A stretch of DNA of 63,463 nt, the filler included, from Ministeria vibrans ATCC 50519 (taxonomy: Eukaryota; Protista; Filasterea): assembly GCA_943704425.1 (NCBI GenBank). It is 6 parts of 6 records of this genome, joined end to end, with 100 filler letters (N's around TTAATTAATTAA, not from the genome) between each part and the next. Parts side by side here need not be neighbours in the genome. Positions count along the whole stretch, not along the records: positions 12,968 to 28,964 come from CALSCP010002434.1; 5 more parts are not named here. One strand, written 5' to 3'. The notes under the pieces are model-generated. The model was not told where the DNA came from, made no database searches, and worked only from the letters and a program-made list of their open reading frames with translations. This document shows, in pieces, positions 12,868-24,564 of this stretch. A program made the position numbers and the translations under genes. Position 1 is the stretch's first letter. Every line of letters begins with the position of its first letter.

Positions 12868-12967
12868 NNNNNNNNNNNNNNNNNNNNNNNNNNNNNNNNN
12901 NNNNNNNNNNNTTAATTAATTAANNNNNNNNNNNNNNNNNNNNNNNNNNNNNNNNNNNNNNNNNNNN
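12868..12967. other. Artificial contig-join linker N..TTAATTAATTAA..N (also at about 28965-29064, 44688-44787, 52734-52833 and 55061-55160)
   Basis: The same 12-mer, with stops in all six frames and flanked by N runs, occurs five times. Confidence 0.95.
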
Positions 12968-13076
<109 letters not shown>

Positions 13077-13124
13077 TCTTATTATTATTATTATTATAAT
13101 CAGCATTCGTTCTTTAAATAAAAT

Positions 13125-14195
13125 CTTACGGCTGGTGTGTAGGGAGGAGTGGAAGATGTAATGTTCTGCCAGTCGACGCCGTCAAAGAAGGCGTGTGCCT
13201 TCAACTTGGCCAGACCCGAGCCACCGACGTGGTTGCCAGCGTCGTCTTCGTCGTCGCGGCCGAGTCGGTCGACACGCGAGCGACACAGACCCTCGATAAG
13301 AGAGCGGGTTGCGTCAGCAATCTCAATAGCGTTGCCATCTTCGTCTTCAATGTCGAATTTGAGTGAGTTTTCGTAGTCCATAATTTTGCCGTAGGTGCCG
13401 ACAAGCGACTCGGAGTAGAAGGGGGTCTCGGCGAAGAGCATTTCGTAGAGGACGACGCCCAACGACCACCAGTCACACTCACGGCCGTACTCGCCCTTGC
13501 CTTCGATAGACTGGAGGATCTCAGGCGAGATGTAGTCGGGTGTGCCAACGGCAACGGTCGAGCGAACAAGACCCGAAGGACCCACACGACAGCACGAGCC
13601 AAAGTCGGCAAGACGAACGTGACCCTGCGCATCGAGCAACACATTGTCGGGCTTGATGTCACGATGGATGAAGCCGCATGAGTGCACATGCGCAATGGCC
13701 AAGATCATTTCGGCAATGTAGAAGCGACAAGCATCCTCAGGCAAACGGTCGTCGTGCTTCGACAGCAGTGTCAGCAAATCACCACCGTTGTAGTAGTTCA
13801 TCACAATGTACAGATGCGATTCGTCTTGAAACGCAAACCGTAGTTCCGTCACCCACCTAAAATAAGAAGAACAAGAAGAAGAAGAAGAAGAAGAAGAAGA
13901 AGAAGAAGAAGAAAGAGGTGAGTAATAAGATGAAATGTCTACACATAATCTTCGTCCTTTTCGTACTGGGGATCGGCGACAACGAGTAGGTCACGTTCCT
14001 CACGGAAACAGGCAGTCTCCTGACGCTTGAGCATGTCCCACTTGTTGAGTGTCTTCATGGCGTAGATGGACCCGTCGTGTTTACCGCGAACCACTTGGAC
14101 TTCGCCAAAGGCACCACGACCAATCACTTTTAATGTTTCAAAGTCGTCCGGGCTCAGTCGCAACTCACGAATCTATCGACAAAACAAACACAAAC

Positions 14196-14230
<35 letters not shown>

Positions 14231-14629
14231 ATCAACAACAACAATAGGAATTGGTGAATAGGCAGGAGCGACGGACTGCGTGCTAGAGCTGCGTACCTTT
14301 TCGACGACGGGACGGTAACGTTCGAGGAACATTTGGATTTTCTTTTCGCGCTTGAGTTTGGGACCGGAGCACTCGTCAAAGAGAGCGCAAAACGAGTCAA
14401 CGAGCGCCTCGACGTTGGTCCGCGACACACCTGCGGAGGTAGCCGAGTCGACATCAACAATCCCATTCGTAGACGCGTCAAGGATGTCCCCAGTGACGCT
14501 TCCAGCGGCGCTAGCAAGCACCAGGTCGGCGAGTCGTCTAGCGCGCACCATCGGGTCCAAATCGACCGTTCCGGTGTCTGTGCCGACACGCCGTACGGGG
14601 GTGCGCGGAGGCACCGTCAGATTGGACAT
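13125..14629 (-). CDS. MRCK/DMPK-family AGC kinase (CDC42BP-like), N-terminal and kinase exons only; 3' part lost at the contig end
   Basis: [107 protein letters not shown]. Confidence 0.9.
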
Positions 14630-16002
14630 TTCCTGTACCCTGCAAATCAACAAGAGCCGCTGGGTGAGCCACTAGAGCAAGGCGTCATAATGCTCAAAAC
14701 GACACTAAAAAAGAGACGCAAGTCTCACAACTGGGAGAGCCGCCGACGATGCGAGACGCAATACCACACACCCCCAAGGAGTATCAGACACAAAGCACAG
14801 AGGTACACACCAACGGACGATAATCCAAAAAAAAAAAAGCGGACTCTGACTTTTGAAAAAAAAAAAANNNNNNNNNNGAGGTAGAAGAAATAGTGGTGGT
14901 CGCAGAACAACAGGTGGAGACGCATGAGGAGAGAAAAAAAGAAAAAGCAAGCAAGAGAGACGATAGAAGGGTGCTACGCGCCACTGGGGTGAACTAGCAT
15001 GTGTACGGAGTGTGTATCTTGCCGATTCAGGCAGCCTGCGACTGCGTGTGCCCCAAATCGGTCGTGAGGGAGAGGTGTAAAGTGCGCAAACGCGAACTGG
15101 CGAAATAAGCATTTCCAAAAGCGCTAAAATTTGCAATACAGAGAAGCATAGCCGCAGTGTTTCGGGATGAAGGTTCAAGGACGGTAAAGCGTGGGCCTTG
15201 TGAGGCAACAGATGGAGCGGGAGCGAAGGCAGGAGGGCGAAAAGAGAGGACAACAAGACATCAATCGCTTTTTTTTCAATCTCATCCTTCTCACTTGAAG
15301 AAGAGAAGTGACAAGAGCCGACGAGTCAAGGGAGTCCAAATGGAAGGGTTGTGAGAGCGCTGGGAGGACGGTTTGGCGTCAAATGGACACCTCGACTATA
15401 TAACCAAAAAGAAAAAAAAACCGCGACGGGCCAAAACGCCATCAGAAGGCACTGTGCGATCAAGGAGCGGGGTGTCGATGAAAGCGAGCAAGTCGTGTGG
15501 GTGGGGGCGGGACGGGTGGCAGCGAGCAAACGCCACAAGGGAGGGCGGACGGGCGACTGAGCGATATCGACAAAGATGCCCGAAACGAGATGATTTCCCA
15601 TACCAAAAGTTGTCGGTTGCGTATGGCGGAGGGCCGGTATTCGGAGAGGGGGCGTAGCGAACTGAATAAATTGGATTGGTTGTTTAATTTGCTTTTTTTT
15701 TGGAGAGAGAGAGAGTTATGGTTTCGACAAAAAGGATAATGCGCTCCAATCGAATCACGCAGAAGCGAATAATCAATAAGTCAATAAGAGTTATAAGTAA
15801 TAAGACGGTGTTGATGTTTAACTTGTTTGCTTTTTGACTACGGAATAGTGATTTGCTGATTTTCTTAGGGCTGAGAGATCAAACTATAATGATAATTACA
15901 TTCCTCGTTGACTCTAAACACTGTTGTCAATCAATTTTCTGTTGTTGACTCGCTTTGCTGCCACCTGGTTGGTAGAGGGCCCTGGTAGCATAGTGTGTGA
16001 GA

Positions 16003-17239
16003 ATGAAGTTTCGAGCCAAAATCACGCGGTCGCTTGAAGTGGCGAAGTTGACGCGTAAGAGTGAAACGCGACCAAAACGCGTTTTTGTCACATTCGTGTT
16101 TGACGCCGAGAAGAGACTACGCCGCGCGCTTCCTCTGCTGGACTTGTGCGTGTACGTGTCAGCTGGTCACTCTCACGCCGTGCTTTTTCCTCCTCTCCCG
16201 TCGTAGGCATTGTCACCACAATACAACAGCTTGTGCCCAAAGAGTGTGTTTTGCGACTGACGCCGACGAGCTTGCACTTTATCGTGACCGCAGACGCTGC
16301 CGAGGATGGTTCTTATCTGTGGAGTGAAGTGAGCAAGGTACGTGTGGCTGGTGGCCTGCACAAATCGTGGCGGTGAAAAAAACGATTCTTTTGCATTGCT
16401 GAAACGGTTTTTGGGGGGAGAGTAGGAGTCGCTTTTTGAAGAGTACAGTATTGAGAGTCGCCAAGAGAACAATGAGATTCTCGTTAAGCTTGTGATTGAT
16501 AATTTGGTGCGGTCGCTCAAGTCGGCGGCGTCCAGCGAGAGTGTCACTGTGAAAATTATCAAGCGCGACAAGATTCCCTATCTTGCCTTTGACATTTTGT
16601 CGGTACGACACGGGAGTCATTTCCATTTTACGTTTTTGATTTGTTCTATTTTCCCTTTGTAGCCAAGTACGTCGGGACGCACGCTCACCATTGTACAAAA
16701 AGTTCCCATTATGGTCCTCAAACACGACCTCAACGCACACTACCACGAACCCACACCCGCTCGACCCCACGTCAGCATCTACATGCCCCCACTCAAGCAA
16801 CTGCGCACCATTGTTTCACATTCGAAACAGCTCTCGAATCACTGCACAGTGGCCGCAAATCACGCGGGGGAAATGCGTTTGTGCTTTGAAACAGACGCTG
16901 TCGAAATGGAAACGCACTATCGCGACCTCAAACTCGCCCTCTGGAGTAAATATAACCAAGCCCCAATAGGAATCGAGTAGGAACAAAGCTAACTGTCTTT
17001 TTTTTTTGTTGTTTTTTTGTGGCTGTGTAGAGGACGGTCGAGCGACAGAGCACTCGCGCACACCGCAGCGCTTCTTCTCGGCAACAGTTGCCACAAAGAA
17101 GCTCAGTGCATTCCTTTTTGGCCATCAGTTGGGCGCAGACACTGTCATATGCAATGTGGTTGAAGAAATGGCCCTCATTTTCATTCTGGTCCATGGTGAT
17201 GTGACTCTCACCTATTACATTCCATCGCTGCAGCTCTAA
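16003..17239 (+). CDS. HUS1: 9-1-1 checkpoint clamp subunit HUS1, multi-exon
   Basis: MKFRAKI, CVLRLTP, LWSEV, FEEYSIES...NEI, PHVSIYMPPLKQLRTIV, ANHAGEMRL, LTYYIP. Confidence 0.93.
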
Positions 17240-17352
17240 CACCATTGAAGATATTGTAAAGAAAAATAAATCATATAATAATGAATGTGTACAACAAAAA
17301 CAAATTCAGAATCCACACAAAACAATTTGGTACAGCAAGCGTGTGGAATGAC

Positions 17353-18360
17353 TCAGACGACAATGTCACTGAATTCACGAGCAAGAGCCGCATTGAAAGA
17401 CTCGTGGTCGTCGAGGTAGAGGTGGTGGCCACCGGGAAGTGTGGCGACAGAGACGTCACGCATGGAAGGTGCATAGTGGTCGGCACTGCTACGCGACATC
17501 CAGTCGTATGTGCCGTAGTAAAACGAGACGGGGGTCGTGAGTTGCGACAGTCGCGGTCCAAGAGGGTTCCGTGCCCATGCTCCCACCTGAAGAATGCCGC
17601 ACATGGCATGCTCGCCACTCGCGGGTCCGTTCATGTTCGCGTGGTACGCATAGTCTGCCATCAGTGTGACAAGGTCGTCGTCGTGCCCGGCAAAGCGACG
17701 TCGCAACATTTTCAACGCAATCGAGGGACCTGCAGGACCAAGTACGCGCAGAAGCGCCTGTGGAGTCACGGCCTTGTCCCAGAGCCAACGGAAGAGGGTG
17801 AAGCGCCAGCCGAGACGACGCGCCTTGATCGCCTTCTCCTCCTCTTCGCGATCCGGAGCGGGAGGCACGCCAACGGGACTCACGAGTACCGCTTTGCGCA
17901 ACGAGTCGGGATAGCGCAAAGCAAAACAGCCCGTGATGAAGCCACCTAGGGAGTGACCAACAATCACGAGTTTCTCAAGTCCCATTGCCACACGCCATTG
18001 CTCGAGCGAGTCAATAAAAAAATCTTCGCCAGCCTGTGGGTCGGAGCGGGGAAATTCCGGTCGAGACGAGCGACCAAAGCCCAGCATGTCAATGGCAAAC
18101 ACACGGAAGCGAGAGTCTTCCGCGGCCTACACAGAAAACAATCATTTTTTCAGTAAAAAAATTAAGTGTATAATTTTGTGGTATAAGCGTACATGACTCA
18201 AATTACGACACCAAAACGCGAGTCCAGATGCAAAGCCGTGGACAAACACGACGGGGATGCGTGTGTCCGGCTGCTTCTCTGAAATGTCAGAAGGGATGCT
18301 GTGACTCGGTGGGTGGACTTCGACTGTGTTGATGAATGCTACAAGTAAGAACAAACGAGC

Positions 18361-18427
<67 letters not shown>

Positions 18428-18830
18428 GATGCTGCCAACAAAATCCCATGCAAGTCACAACCAAATCGAGTCGCCACTGGTTATATATTGGATTGACACA
18501 TCGGTCGGAACGACACACAGAGAGTCAGTGTGCGAAATGAGATAATGGCAACCAAGTGCCACGCAAGCCATACGAGACTCTCGCCGGGTAGTGGTGTACG
18601 TATGCGTCGCTGTATGAGAGAATGGGCCGGCGTTCAAGCGAAGAAAACGTGCTTGAGAGTCCCACAAACGCTTTGCGGCGCATAAGAAACCAAAAATAAA
18701 ACAAGACATGAATCGTACTGTTGTCGGCAATGGGCACCATGGTTTGCGTAATACGATTGTCGACGAACTGCCGGAGCAGGCGGTCCTCGGCACGCGCTGC
18801 AGCGGTGTCGCTGGTGGGAACCCAAGGCAT
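17353..18830 (-). CDS. ABHD4/ABHD5 (CGI-58)-like alpha/beta hydrolase, multi-exon; start may extend upstream
   Basis: WVPTS..AEDRLL, PVVFVHGFASGLAFW, AIDMLGFGRSSRP, GHSLGG nucleophile elbow, C-terminal GGHHLYLD (HX4D). Confidence 0.88.
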
Positions 18831-19627
18831 GACGGAGCGGAGAAAGGGTCGAGCAACGGAGCGCCGGACGGCAAGAACGGTCGAAATGGTCGCAGCAGGG
18901 GTCGTGCACGAGATCGTGGCCGGTGGGGCGCGTCGTGGATAGGCGACGCTGAGAAACCGAAACGAAATTGATCATTGATGTCAATAATAAATTAATTCAG
19001 TTTGATTCATTCGCTTGTCAGTCACCCGCACACGCCCGTCTAGCGTGCCTGTGGATCGTCAAACCGGTATGTATTGGTTTAGAGTCTCTCCATTCAGTGT
19101 CCTTGCATATGCGTTGAAGGGAAGGTGTCACAATGAATCTTCGTCTGGGACAAAGAGCATTATTTTTTATTTGGGGTCCACTAAATCGTGAGAACGTCAC
19201 TCTGTGTTGCCACTGTGGATGTATGGGTATATTTGGAGCATATGGTGACTTGTGCGCTGGCAAGATGCACGGAATATGTCCTGTGGGGGTCGCAATGGCG
19301 TCGTTTGTGTGTTGGACCAACATTTGGACTTGTTTGTGTCGTCTGCGCAACTCATCTGACGCAAATGGCCCGCTTTGCATTGCATTGCAGAGTGGAGTGT
19401 GTGGAGTGTGTGGTGTGTATGGACATGGCACCGCGTGTGTGTTGTTGTTTGGTTGTTTGTGAGTCAGTTCGTTTTGGTTTGTTTGAAAGTGGAGAGACGT
19501 AGAGTTCTCATTGGCTGGCACTCAGTTGATCGCTGAGGCCTCATAGAACCACGTTCCCTTGTGTGTGTGCCTCTGTTTGCTGTGATCCAGTTGTCACTCC
19601 TCACTCCTCTCTCTCGTGTCGTAGAAC

Positions 19628-22600
19628 ATGGCATTTGCTCAGAAGGGAAAGACAGTCGCATTTGTGCATAAGAATGAAGTTGCGCTCTTTCGGAAGTGCG
19701 AAGAGGGAACACAGCACATTGCGCACTCCATTGCGACGGTGAAGGAGGATATCCTTGTTCTCAGTCTGACAGTGAGAGGGGATGTGGTCTTTGCTTCAGT
19801 GGGAGATGATATTGTGCTGTGGTCACTCACTGAGCAGAAATGCGTCAAGAGACTCAAAGGACACACAGAGTACGAATTGGGTATGTTTGTGGATTGTTTT
19901 CTGACTTGAGTGTGTTTATAGGTTGGTGTGGTCTCTCAAAGTGTCGTCTGATGGAACGAAGATAGTGAGTGGATCATGGGACAAGACAGTCCGAGTGTGG
20001 GATATTCGCACTGGAACGTGTCTGTTCATTCTGGAAGGACATTCAAAGTACGATTTACCATTTGCAATGAGTGCCATTGGACTGATTTCCGTTTGATAGG
20101 TGGGTTAATTCAGTGGACATTTCCTCTGATGGAACCAAAGCACTGAGTGGTTCAGGTGACGNNNNNNNNNNNNNNNNNNNNNNNNNNNNNNNNNNNNNNN
20201 NNNNNNNNNNNNNNNNNNNNNNNNNNNNNNNNNNNNNNNNNNNNNNNNNNNNNNNNNNNNNNNNNNNNNNNNNNNNNNNNNNNNNNNNNNNNNNNNNNNN
20301 NNNNNNNNNNNNNNNNNNNNNNNNNNNNNNNNNNNNNNNNNNNNNNNNNNNNNNNNNNNNNNNNNNNNNNNNNNNNNNNNNNNNNNNNNNNNNNNNNNNN
20401 NNNNNNNNNNNNNNNNNNNNNNNNNNNNNNNNNNNNNNNNNNNNNNNNNNNNNNNNNNNNNNNNNNNNNNNNNNNNNNNNNNNNNNNNNNNNNNNNNNNN
20501 NNNNNNNNNNNNNNNNNNNNNNNNNNNNNNNNNNNNNNNNNNNNNNNNNNNNNNNNNNNNNNNNNNNNNNNNNNNNNNNNNNNNNNNNNNNNNNNNNNNN
20601 NNNNNNNNNNNNNNNNNNNNNNNNNNNNNNNNNNNNNNNNNNNNNNNNNNNNNNNNNNNNNNNNNNNNNNNNNNNNNNNNNNNNNNNNNNNNNNNNNNNN
20701 NNNNNNNNNNNNNNNNNNNNNNNNNNNNNNNNNNNNNNNNNNNNNNNNNNNNNNNNNNNNNNNNNNNNNNNNNNNNNNNNNNNNNNNNNNNNNNNNNNNN
20801 NNNNNNNNNNNNNNNNNNNNNNNNNNNNNNNNNNNNNNNNNNNNNNNNNNNNNNNNNNNNNNNNNNNNNNNNNNNNNNNNNNNNNNNNNNNNNNNNNNNN
20901 NNNNNNNNNNNNNNNNNNNNNNNNNNNNNNNNNNNNNNNNNNNNNNNNNNNNNNNNNNNNNNNNNNNCTTCTTATTATTGTTTTACTCTGTAGAACACTC
21001 TGCAAACTGGAATTCTCAACGGACCACCAAACACTCATCGTGCACTTTACAGACAACACCGCAGAGCACTTTCCCATCACTGACCTCATTCCGTACACTC
21101 AGCACACACAACAACAATCATTTCCTTCACACACAATTACCTATCCCGTTTCTCTATATTGTTGTTTTAGTGAACTGCCCACTGAGTCGAGTCACAAGAA
21201 GGCGTTCCTTTCGGCAATGGCACACGGGTGTGTCATCTCGCACTCGATCAAACTGCTGTTTCTGGGTGCAACCGAGGCAGGCAAGACAGCACTGCTTGCG
21301 GCACTGCAAGACGATACACTGCCCGGCAAAGACGACCGGTCAGTCGCCACTCGAATGCACCGCATGCGAATAGTCTTTGATGGCGAGACGGGCTACTTCA
21401 AGGCGGTGCCGCAGGAGGAGTTTCATTTGGCCAGTCTCATTGGCGAGCGCATGGTGGCAATGGAGACGGTGGAGGAAGAGGAGGATATCGCAGAGGAGAA
21501 ACACGACGACGTCGATTCAACTGACGAGTCAGGACCATCAACCGAAGTGGAGAAGACTGTGTCGAACCTTTCACCCCCCACACCCAGTGTCGCTCCCTCT
21601 CCACCACCACCAACGCCCACACCCACCATCGCTGCCACACCAGACACCCTTGAGATTGTGCAGTCTGTGCTGGAGACGGAACTGCGCGAAGAGCACGTTG
21701 ACATGGACTCGTTTGACTTTGCAGGTTCGTATATTGCACAAAGCCCAATCTATTTCTTTTTCTTCTTCTGACATCCGTTCTCGTTGATGTGTTTAGGTGA
21801 GTCGANNNNNNNNNNNNNNNNNNNNNNNNNNNNNNNNNNNNNNNNNNNNNNNNNNNNNNNNNNNNNNNNNNNNNNNNNNNNNNNNNNNNNNNNNNNNNNN
21901 NNNNNNNNNNNNNNNNNNNNNNNNNNNNNNNNNNNNNNNNNNNNNNNNNNNNNNNNNNNNNNNNNNNNNNNNNNNNNNNNNNNNNNNNNNNNNNNNNNNN
22001 NNNNNNNNNNNNNNNNNNNNNNNNNNNNNNNNNNNNNNNNNNNNNNNNNNNNNNNNNNNNNNNNNNNNNNNNNNNNNNNNNNNNNNNNNNNNNNNNNNNN
22101 NNNNNNNNNNNNNNNNNNNNNNNNNNNNNNNNNNNNNNNNNNNNNNNNNNNNNNNNNNNNNNNNNNNNNNNNNNNNNNNNNNNNNNNNNNNNNNNNNNNN
22201 NNNNNNNNNNNNNNNNNNNNNNNNNNNNNNNNNNNNNNNNNNNNNNNNNNNNNNNNNNNNNNNNNNNNNNNNNNNNNNNNNNNNNNNNNNNNNNNNNNNN
22301 NNNNNNNNNNNNNNNNNNNNNNNNNNNNNNNNNNNNNNNNNNNNNNNNNNNNNNNNNNNNNNNNNNNNNNNNNNNNNNNNNNNNNNNNNNNNNNNNNNNN
22401 NNNNNNNNNNNNNNNNNNNNNNNNNNNNNNNNNNNNNNNNNNNNNNNNNNNNNNNNNNNNNNNNNNNNNNNNNNNNNNNNNNNNNNNNNNNNNNNNNNNN
22501 NNNNNNNNNNNNNNNNNNNNNNNNNNNNNNNNNNNNNNNNNNNNNNNNNNNNNNNNNNNNNNNNNNNNNNNNNNNNNNNNNNNNNNNNNNNNNNNNNNNN

Positions 22601-24226
22601 NNNNNNNNNNNNNNNNNNNNNNNNNNNNNNNNNNNNNNNNNNNNNNNNNNNNNNNNNNNNNNNNNNNNNNNNNNNNNNNNNNNNNNNNNNNNNNNNNNNN
22701 NNNNNNNNNNNNNNNNNNNNNNNNNNNNNNNNNNNNNNNNNNNGTTGATCCTGCGGCGTTCCTGCGCACCCTTGAGCACCTGAGTCTGGTGTTCCGACAC
22801 GACGACCGACTTCTTGTGCCGATGCTGCTGCCCGACGACGCACCGTTTGTCGAGCAAGCTGTTGATCGACCGGCGCAGTTGTTCCTGTACCAGATGGTGG
22901 GTGGTGCGGTGTTGCCGGTGTCACTGGCGACTTTCCACTTGCTGGTGGTTGCACTGTGGCGGGAGAGTGTGGGGAATGCGGCGATCCAAGCGACTCAGCG
23001 GTGCACGAATGTGCTTCTGATGAAGGGCAATGGGATGGTGCCGGTGCGACTGCGACTGAACACGGGCGAGGCGTTTGTGCGTGTGGAGCTGTATGCGGAC
23101 ACACCTGCGGAGAATGTGCGTGACACGGTGGATGCGCTGATCGAGCGGGTGTGCCCGTCGACTGTGTCGCTGCGGTGGGGATGGCGTGGAGGGAGAGCAG
23201 TGGTCGTGCCAGCGCACCCGTTTGACACGACGCGACCGTTGTTTGAGGCTGAGCATGTGGTGGGGGCACCTGAGGAGCACCGTGAGGTGGGGCGGGTGAA
23301 TCTGGAGTTGATGGGACACGCTGGCGAACGACAGTGCAACGAACGTCTTGAGCTGTGGTGGTGCAACCAAGCAGGTCAGTTTATCAACCTTCTTTTTTTC
23401 GACCTGACCTTAACTTTAAACCTTTTTCATGTTAGTGACTGGCAAAGTGGCTGTATATTCACACGCAGCTGCACTGATTGTGGGTGTGAGTCGGTACAAG
23501 TCCTCCTCGAACCCTAACCTCGCTGAGTGCGATGATCTGCCGGGTGTTTTTAAGAGTGTGGTGGAGCTGAAGACTCTGTGGGAGGACCGCAATTTTACTG
23601 TGGAGACAGTGACGGACAGTCCGACCTCGAAGGTGACAATGGAGGCGATTGCTCGAGGCGCAAATGTGCTGGCGGGCAAGGCGGGAGAGTCCAAGACGTC
23701 GTTGCTAGTAGTTCATCTGATTGGACACGGCGCCGAGGACAGTGGCGGCGGACTCATTCTGAGCGACGCGAAGGTGATCACGAACAAGCTGTTGTCGCGC
23801 TTTGGTCTGCACTGTCTGGCGGGAGTTTTGCGGGAGCAAGTTCACTGGCGCGGATGCAACATTTTGGTGGTGTGTGACTTTTGCAACGCGGGAGCATTGG
23901 TGAGCGAGAACGGGGACCTCTCAATGAAAGCCAGCGTGGCACCTCTGCACGGCTATGCGCGACAAATGATTGCGTCGTCGATCAACGATGCATCTGCGTA
24001 TGCGTTGCCGGAGGGAACGCACATGACAAAAGCGCTGGTGGAGGCACTGGGGGGACAGACGCCGAGTGCCTTCCAAGCAGGCGAGACGGTGATCAGTGCC
24101 GTGGAGTTGTGTCGACGATTGAAGAGCGGTGGGCAGGGTATGCTGGTGGGACGCATTTGGAACGAGTGGGATCGCACAAGAAACGAGGGGGACATTTTTT
24201 TGTTTCGAGATGGAAGTGGAGTGTAG
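19628..24226 (+). CDS. WD40-repeat / Roc GTPase / COR-like / caspase-like peptidase C14 fusion protein (two internal N gaps)
   Basis: WD40 repeats (GHTE..IVSGSWDKTVRVWD, GHSK..ALSGSGD); G1 KLLFLGATEAGKT at ~21250-21290; G3 FDFAG at ~21712-21724; COR-like FLRTLEHLSLVF..LLVPMLLP; in-frame phase-1 intron 23375-23435 into ALIVGVSRY...LIGHG...CDFCNAG. Confidence 0.75.
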
Positions 24227-24564
24227 AATTGTGTTTTTTATTTTGATGATTACTTTGAGTTTCAGGATTTATATTTTCATCACTCGTATTTTGCCTATTC
24301 TTTCGGGCTAGTGACGTATTCTCCCACTTTGCCTTGCTTCGAACCCTCCTGCGCAGTGCTCCCGCCTCGTAGTGGATTCTCCGTTTGTGCACGGTACATC
24401 AGTCAAAATTCCACTCTGACGTCAACAGTGCCTGACCGCAATCCACCTCTCCTGCTGCTCTTTGTCTTCTGCTATGTTGCATTTGGGCGCATCCCAAGCA
24501 TTGTGGCTGTCGTTCGCGTCGTAATTCGCGCTTGTCTTGTTGCTCTGTAGATTGTGCGTGAGGA

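Noticed and set aside
12912-12923. TTAATTAATTAA palindrome recurring five times
   Set aside because: Always embedded in N runs; an artificial contig linker
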